Shown here one piece after another: positions 58,488 through 64,000 of a stretch of 64,000 nt of DNA. Origin of the DNA: a virus; the IMG/VR virus record IMGVR_UViG_3300050821_017219, positions 14,383 through 78,382 of that record. One strand, given 5' to 3'. The translations under genes were made by a program, and so were the position numbers. Below the pieces are notes generated by a model that was not told the DNA's origin, ran no database searches, and was given only the letters and a program-made list of their open reading frames with translations. The first letter of the stretch is position 1, and each line of letters starts with the position of its first letter.

Positions 58488-59390
58488 ATGCATCCAGTCG
58501 CCAAAGAATTTCTCGTTGGTCTCGCGAAGCTCGGTGCGCGCGCAACGGCAGCAGCCGTCGACGTTGCGCTCGAGGAAGCGCAAACGCTCGTCGGCGAAGT
58601 GCAGACGCGTCTATCGAATGGTCGTCAGAAGGCGCAGAGCATCGGCAAGAGGCCACGCGCTGGCGTTGGCAAGGTCAAAGTCTCGGTATCGAAGCCGCAG
58701 CAGACGGATTTTCGTGGCGTCGAAGTCGACGCCGAAGTTGTCGAAGGAGAAGGCCAATGAGTGACACCAATAGCGGCGGCGGTAACGTTTCGGCGTTTCC
58801 GCTGCAGCCGCGAGAGATCGTCGGCTTGGTTCAGCAGTACATCGAATCGACGAAGCCGCCGCCGGTTGATCCGACGACGGCCGAGAAGCAGCTCTGGGAT
58901 GGCGTCGTGATGCAGTTCATCGCGCTTGGCTGCAACGCTGAAGCGGCTATTGCAGGCGCAAACGACGTCATCGCGGCGCGACGACAACAATTCGACGATG
59001 CGAAAGAAGAAGGCGACAAATGACATTCTCGAAGCGGTGGAACCCACAACCCAAAGCGAAGCAGTGCGCGCAGTGCAACAAGGAAGACGCGCTTCCCCTG
59101 CGTACCGACAAGCTCGGGAAGAACTGCGCGAAGACGATCGATGAGGCGCGCGCGAAGCTGGCGAAGAAACACGAAGCTGACGCGAAGTAACGATGGATCG
59201 AACCAAACTGCGAACGGATATCGAAAGCGCCATCAACCGCTACAGCGCAGAGAACGGCAGCGATACGCCAGATTTTATCCTCGCCGAGTATCTGATGGCG
59301 TGCCTCGCGGCGTTCGACGCTGCTTCCAATGCTCGCCGGAAGTGGTACGGCGAAGAAGAGACGAGTCGCATTGGCGGTAAGCGCAAGTGA
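58488..59390 (+). CDS. Small hypothetical genes (58488-58760, 58757-59023, 59193-59390)
   Basis: Coupled ORFs; the last has AINRYSAENGSDTPDFILAEYL, a phage-type motif. Confidence 0.55.
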
Positions 59391-60190
59391 AACGCTGCCT
59401 CATCGGGACCCCCGTCTACGGTGGCGCGCACCCCGACTTCGTCGCGTCGCTCGACGATACAGTCGCAGCTCTCCCGAAGATTGGATGGGCCGTCAAACCG
59501 ATGATGCGCACCGGCTCGCTCATCACGTTGCAGCGCAACGGCATCTGCGCCGACTTCTTCCTCAACACCGACGCCGATGTGCTCTTGTGGATCGACGCCG
59601 ACGAAGGCTTCCCCGTTAGCGACGTGGCGAGTGTGCTCGAAGCGACGACGCATTTCCCGATCGTCGGTGGTGTCTACCGCGAGAAGCCGCTCTCCGTTGG
59701 TCTGCTCGACTGGGGAGCTATCGCCGCCGCAGCGAAGGCCGGGATGTCGCCGAAGCAGCTGCAGTTCGTCGGCCAGAAGCTGACGTTGGATTTTCTCCCC
59801 GACGACGTCGACGGCAAACGCGGCTACATCGGCCCAACGCGAATCAGCTACGGCCGTCGTTTCGTTCGCGTTGCGCACGTCGGAACGGGCTTTCTCGCCG
59901 TCACGCGCGCGGCCGTCGCGACGCTCTACGAAGCGACGCCGCAGCTTCTCTGCAACGGCGGGATGCACGCGCTCTTCAACAGCGGCATCGCTGATGGCGC
60001 CTTCAACGGTGAAGATTGGCTCTTCTGCAACTTAGCGCGCGCCGCAGGGCTCGAGGTGTGGGTCGACACCGAAACGGAGATCGATCACATCGGCCCAACG
60101 GCGTGGCGCGGAACGTTGAAGGGCGAGTGGCTGAACGACTACGCGCGGCAGCAATCACATCGCGTCGAAAGAGGATCGAATGAGCGCTAA
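59387..60190 (+). CDS. GT-A fold (GT2-like) glycosyltransferase
   Basis: IGTPVYGG, LLWIDAD (DxD), VGTGFL, GEDWLFC, VWVD...HIG. Confidence 0.82.
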   Translation: MKRCLIGTPVYGGAHPDFVASLDDTVAALPKIGWAVKPMMRTGSLITLQRNGICADFFLNTDADVLLWIDADEGFPVSDVASVLEATTHFPIVGGVYREKPLSVGLLDWGAIAAAAKAGMSPKQLQFVGQKLTLDFLPDDVDGKRGYIGPTRISYGRRFVRVAHVGTGFLAVTRAAVATLYEATPQLLCNGGMHALFNSGIADGAFNGEDWLFCNLARAAGLEVWVDTETEIDHIGPTAWRGTLKGEWLNDYARQQSHRVERGSNER

Positions 60191-60383
60191 ATTGGAGCCT
60201 AATGTCGCGTTGAATAATGCACGCCACGCACTTGCTGCTTACCGTGAGCCGCAAGACGCTGGCGATCTTTTTGACGCGATCGAAACGCTAGCCGACGCCT
60301 TTGAAGCGTTGGATGAGTGGATCACTAAGGGTGGAGTGCTCCCTCGCGAATGGAGCAAGCCCAATCGCAAGAGCCGTAAATAA
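60180..60383 (+). CDS. Small hypothetical protein (paralogue of 63718-63906)
   Basis: LADAFEALDEWITKGGVLPREW. Confidence 0.65.
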   Translation: MSAKLEPNVALNNARHALAAYREPQDAGDLFDAIETLADAFEALDEWITKGGVLPREWSKPNRKSRK

Positions 60384-60404
60384 TCGCTCTAGGCCATGTT
60401 TCTG

Positions 60405-60704
60405 TCACCGCTTGCGCAACGCCGTTGCGACTCTAGCGCGCTGCCCAACGATATCGAAAGCTGACGGCGTCTGCGGCTCACTCTTCGGCGTCGGCGTTCG
60501 CCCGAGCATGTTGCTGACTTGAATGTGCGTGAACGCCGTTCCCCGCCGTGTCTTGAAGCCTTCAAGATCGAGCATCGACGCGATGCCGCGTAGGGGCAGC
60601 CCCCGTTCGTCGAGCTCTCGCACACGCGCGATGACCGCTTGCTCGTCGGGCGCCTCTTCAAGAGACCCATCGGCGCCAGCGCGAAACCCGTAGGGAGTAT
60701 TCAT
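60405..60704 (-). CDS. Stand-alone serine-recombinase-type DNA-binding (Recombinase) domain
   Basis: PYGF...L...PDEQAVI..V.EL...G..LRGIA..L...G.KTRRG..F....V..ML; ATGA-coupled to the integrase. Confidence 0.7.
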   Translation of the reverse strand: MNTPYGFRAGADGSLEEAPDEQAVIARVRELDERGLPLRGIASMLDLEGFKTRRGTAFTHIQVSNMLGRTPTPKSEPQTPSAFDIVGQRARVATALRKR

Positions 60705-61738
60705 GTCTTCTCCGTCGTCGGTGGTCGCCAGACGCTCCACGTTTGGCGCTTCTCGCCGATCTCTTCGAGCTGGCGCTTGTCGTAGCCCTTGGTCGTCTCC
60801 GGCCGCGCGTGCCCTGCGATGGTCTGCACCGCGAAGATGTCTCCCCCGCTCATGCGAATCGATCGGGTGATGAACGTGCGACGCAGGTCGTGCGGACGAA
60901 ACGAAGCGATGCCCGTCTCCTTTGAGATGCGCCGACAGATCTGAATGAGAGCTTGCTCGTTGAGCATCGGCTTGTCGCCCGAGACGGTATCGTCAAGCTG
61001 AACGCGCAGAAGGAGCGTCGGCGCTTCGACGGCAAAGGTTTGGCGATGGTGGAGCCACTGTTGAACCGAAACGACGTCGCCGGACCCTAGCGGGACGACG
61101 CGCGTCTTGTTTCCCTTGCCGAGCACCGTGATCGTGCTGGCGTGCGCGTCGAGGGCTCCTACAACCGCGTGGCTGGCCTCCACGGCGCGGAGCCCCCCGC
61201 CCAGGCAGAGCGCGAAGACGGCTTCCAACAGCGCGCCGTAGGGCCGCCCAGCGAGCGCCGTGACATAGCGCTGTACCGCATCGATCTCCGCTTGGGCGAG
61301 CTCGCGCCCGACGGCCGCGTTATCTCCCCCGATGGGGTCCCATTCGACGGCCGCCTGGTAGTCCGCGAAGGGCAGGTGGCCCATGCGCTGCGCCTGGCGC
61401 AAAACCCCCCGCAAAGCGGCTAGGGTGACCAGCACCGTACGCCGGCCGAACGCCCCGCCGAGCAATCGAGCCCGCAAAGCGTCGGTGTGCTGGAAACGAA
61501 GCATGTGCCAAGGGATCGTTTCCGGCTCGGCGCCGAGTAGGCCAGCCAGCCTGCGAAGGGCCGCGAGCATCGTTCGACGGCTATGCGCGCTCACTCTCGA
61601 CGCAACGTAGGACGTCATTACCGCGCGGCCTATGGCTTCCGGGGGTGTTTGCGTCTTTTCGAGTGCTGTAGCCCCCCCTAGACGCGCTAGTATGGCCGAT
61701 GGAGCTAACTCGTTGATATCATTAGGTTTTTCGCTCAT
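60701..61738 (-). CDS. Tyrosine recombinase/integrase
   Basis: GLRAVE (R), GKGNKTR (K), HDLRR (HxxR), AGHARPETTKGYD (H,Y); N-terminal PWHMLRFQHT; start MSEKP. Confidence 0.92.
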   Translation of the reverse strand: MSEKPNDINELAPSAILARLGGATALEKTQTPPEAIGRAVMTSYVASRVSAHSRRTMLAALRRLAGLLGAEPETIPWHMLRFQHTDALRARLLGGAFGRRTVLVTLAALRGVLRQAQRMGHLPFADYQAAVEWDPIGGDNAAVGRELAQAEIDAVQRYVTALAGRPYGALLEAVFALCLGGGLRAVEASHAVVGALDAHASTITVLGKGNKTRVVPLGSGDVVSVQQWLHHRQTFAVEAPTLLLRVQLDDTVSGDKPMLNEQALIQICRRISKETGIASFRPHDLRRTFITRSIRMSGGDIFAVQTIAGHARPETTKGYDKRQLEEIGEKRQTWSVWRPPTTEKT

Positions 61739-61986
61739 ACGTAGCCTTTCGCGACAGATAACGCCGATTATCTTGACGCGAAAGCGCCTTCGATGCGAGC
61801 CGAGCTGCGCGGTCTTCCGCATCTTTATCGGTTCGACGCTGGCGACGTCGCTGGTCGCGCGGGGGAGTCGCTCCGCTAGGCCGCGCCGTCTCTCCGATGG
61901 CTTGCGGTGTTGGAACCGCCACAACGCGAAAAGCCGAGGCTTGCTTTGCGGCTGCCTCGGCTTGCGTTTTGGAGCCGTTTTAGTGT

Positions 61987-63161
61987 CTACGGATGAGCTT
62001 GGTAGTAGGCCATGCATTCGGCGCAGTGACAGACGCGCGTGTCGAATCGAGGCGCGCTCGTCTGCCAAAGGTGCGCGTAGGCTCGCCATTCATCTTCGGT
62101 GCACACCCCTACATTGCGCCAGTAGGTTGCTTGGTCGAGCGTCAACGTTCGCATGCGATCGGGCGCCGCCGCGCGGTGCGGCGGGTTGACAGGGCAATCG
62201 GCGCCGCAAAAGTGCGCGTGATGTTCGCGGTCCGTATCGCATCGCGGCTCGGGATCGTCTACGTAGGCGATGATATCCGCGCCGCAATCGACGCACTCGA
62301 CCTCGTGACTTGCGCGCTTCATCGTCTCACCTTCGGTGTAGAGGGAATCAAGCAGACTTCAGCGCGATCGATCGCTCGCATCGCGGCCAACCGCCAGTTA
62401 TCCGCGTGGAACGACGCAAGCGCGTAGCTGCACGGGGGGACCGCGTCAACGACAACGCCGTCAACGATGAGGGTAACGAGCCAACGCGGCGCGGGCTCGG
62501 GCGATGCCGCGAGAGATGCGGCGCGCATGCCTGGGATGGTGGCGCTCATGACTGCGGCAACTTGGCGACGAGTTCGCCGGCCGCTTGGCTAGGGGTAAGG
62601 CCACGATGATAGAGCGCGCGCAACCCCTTCGCTTTTTTGACAACGTCTTGGGCCACGTCACGCGCTGTCCAGTAGGATGTCTTGTGTACCTTCTCAAGCC
62701 AGTGCACGAGAGACATCTCGATAGCTCCGCGCCACGTATCGAAGCTCATGGCTTGAACCGCGCGAGTGCTTCCGCGCGTTCGGTCTCCAGGGTCGGCAGT
62801 GTCGGCCGCTCATCTTCGATGCTCGGCAACGTGTCACGCTCGTGAAAGGTGGCGTCGACGGATGTTGCTGCAATTCGCTGCAATTCGCGCCGTCGACGGA
62901 TGGTGTCGAACACCGCGAGAGTCGACGCGGCGAAGAGGGGGAGCGCAAGAGCGAGGCAGAAGCAGATCATGACTGCGCCACTTCGACGCGTGCGCCTCCG
63001 CGCGTCTCCCAACCTTCGGAGTGCAGCGCGTCGAACACACGCGCCCTAGCTTCCGCCGCGTCGGCGGCTGAGACCACCGAAGTGGTCCACTTGAAAACGC
63101 CGATCGCGCCGGCTCGGCGGACCTCGTACCAGACTCGAAAAACGGGGGTTGTTGTGGGCAT
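61987..63161 (-). CDS. Operon of five small hypothetical genes (62967-63161, 62746-62970, 62546-62749, 62319-62549, 61987-62322)
   Basis: Chain of ATGA overlaps. Confidence 0.55.
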
Positions 63162-63189
63162 CGCTTTTCCCTTTCGCACTGTTGGACGG

Positions 63190-63300
63190 CGGGGAAAAGC
63201 CGATATTCAACCTTTCTACGTTACAGTCAGGCTGTAATCGCCTGCCCACATGTCGGCTTTCCAGGTAGGCTGTAAAAGCCGATAAAACCGACATGTAGGA
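63190..63300. promoter_or_regulatory. Divergent control region with repeated AAA(A)GCCGA boxes and nested inverted repeats
   Basis: aaaagccgata at 63195 and 63274, inverted tcggcttt at 63253, acatgtcgg/ccgacatgt at 63248/63288, ttacag/ctgtaa at 63221/63232. Confidence 0.5.
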
Positions 63301-63377
63301 TAAACTTTGAGTCGACGGTGAATCTTCCGGCCGGCCGAGCGTCAAACTGGGTGAAGCAAAGGAAAGCGAGCACGACA

Positions 63378-63590
63378 ATGAACCGGCGACGATTAGATAG
63401 CCGCTACGACGTTACTTTCGGCCCATGCGACCCGCTCAATCTGGGCTGTGGGTACTACATCAAGATCGAAAGGGATGGCGTGCCAATCCTACACACCTCC
63501 AGGCATCCCGACACCGGTAAGGACCTCGACTACGCATCATGTGTCGAGATTGCAGGCCAGTATGGTCCTCCGCGTGCGGTGCGCGCATGA
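63378..63590 (+). CDS. Hypothetical protein
   Basis: First rightward gene after the control region. Confidence 0.5.
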   Translation: MNRRRLDSRYDVTFGPCDPLNLGCGYYIKIERDGVPILHTSRHPDTGKDLDYASCVEIAGQYGPPRAVRA

Positions 63591-63717
63591 CCCTCCTCTT
63601 GTGGCTCCCCCTCCTCGCCTTCGCCGTCGGGATTCTTCCCGCGACGCTAGCGATCGGCGGGCGACGTTGAATCTTTTTTGAAGCAACACCGTCAAACAGA
63701 GTGAACGGAGAACGACG

Positions 63718-63906
63718 ATGGATCCTGACGAAGCTCTCAAGAAGGCGCGCGCGGCATTGAAAGCGTTTCACGATGCGCCAGACGCTGAACGATCGATGAT
63801 CGCTGGCGCCGACCTTGCCGACGCTTTCGAGGCACTCGACGGTTGGCTCTCCAAAGGCGGGTTTCTCCCGCGCGATTGGCAACGCGAATATCAACGCAAA
63901 GCTTGA
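63718..63906 (+). CDS. Small hypothetical protein (paralogue of 60180-60383)
   Basis: GGAG RBS; LADAFEALDGWLSKGGFLPRDW. Confidence 0.7.
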   Translation: MDPDEALKKARAALKAFHDAPDAERSMIAGADLADAFEALDGWLSKGGFLPRDWQREYQRKA

Positions 63907-64000
63907 ATCTTCGCCGTTTGCGTCCGTCCAACAGACGTACGCAAGAGGCGGGCGAATCAACCGCAACGGTCAACGGATGCCGCAACATCCGCGCAACGAA

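Larger units (their letters stand above)
1..64000. mobile_element. Temperate virus/provirus genome (probably tailless and membrane-containing); boundaries not visible
   Basis: Dense ATGA-coupled small ORFs; viral replication module (D5 helicase, PolA, ThyX, dNMP kinase), lysis enzymes, structural block and tyrosine integrase; no host operons. Confidence 0.88.

Noticed and set aside
61739-62089. N-terminal extension of the integrase in the ORF track (likewise extensions at 8661, 17686, 23244, 34118, 37663, 53039, 55865)
   Set aside because: Most overlap neighbouring genes and lack domain-like sequence; downstream starts fit coupling, RBS, promoter or domain evidence better
1-64000. Host assignment and att sites
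   Set aside because: No host genes or flanking direct repeats visible; peptidoglycan enzymes show only that the host is a bacterium, probably high-GC

Overview
The whole 64 kb window looks like one temperate virus or provirus genome, GC-rich, with no host housekeeping operon, rRNA, canonical tRNA or CRISPR array. It opens inside a small ORF, so the genome may extend past both ends. Layout: (i) 0.1-13.9 kb: four collagen-like (GAT-repeat) fibre/spike proteins around a glycosyltransferase/methyltransferase block, a DUF1906-like lysin and a membrane-anchored lytic transglycosylase; (ii) 13.9-36.4 kb: replication, recombination and nucleotide genes (Cas4-like nuclease, two SLOG proteins, D5/P4 helicase, IF3 N-domain protein, AAA_24 ATPase, SSB-like protein, UDG-fused PolA, truncated RecD/Dda, Dam-like methylase, dNMP kinase, ThyX, Nudix, JAB/RadC polyvalent protein); (iii) 36.4-55.5 kb: a long structural block of small membrane proteins, an intein-interrupted transglutaminase-like cysteine protease, a protamine-like Arg-rich protein and three beta-rich capsid-protein candidates; (iv) 55.5-64 kb: accessory genes (KGG protein, GroES, RyR domain, GT2), a tyrosine integrase and a divergent control region. 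I recognise no terminase, portal, HK97 capsid, tail or tape-measure gene, and no packaging ATPase. Best interpretation (inference): an unusually large tailless, internal-membrane virus with an adenovirus-like logic, i.e. an Arg-rich core protein, a maturation protease, and recurring G-x-G and basic-NP motifs in virion proteins. Many of its genes appear to use leaderless promoters. All assignments come from reading motifs by eye; no searches were run.
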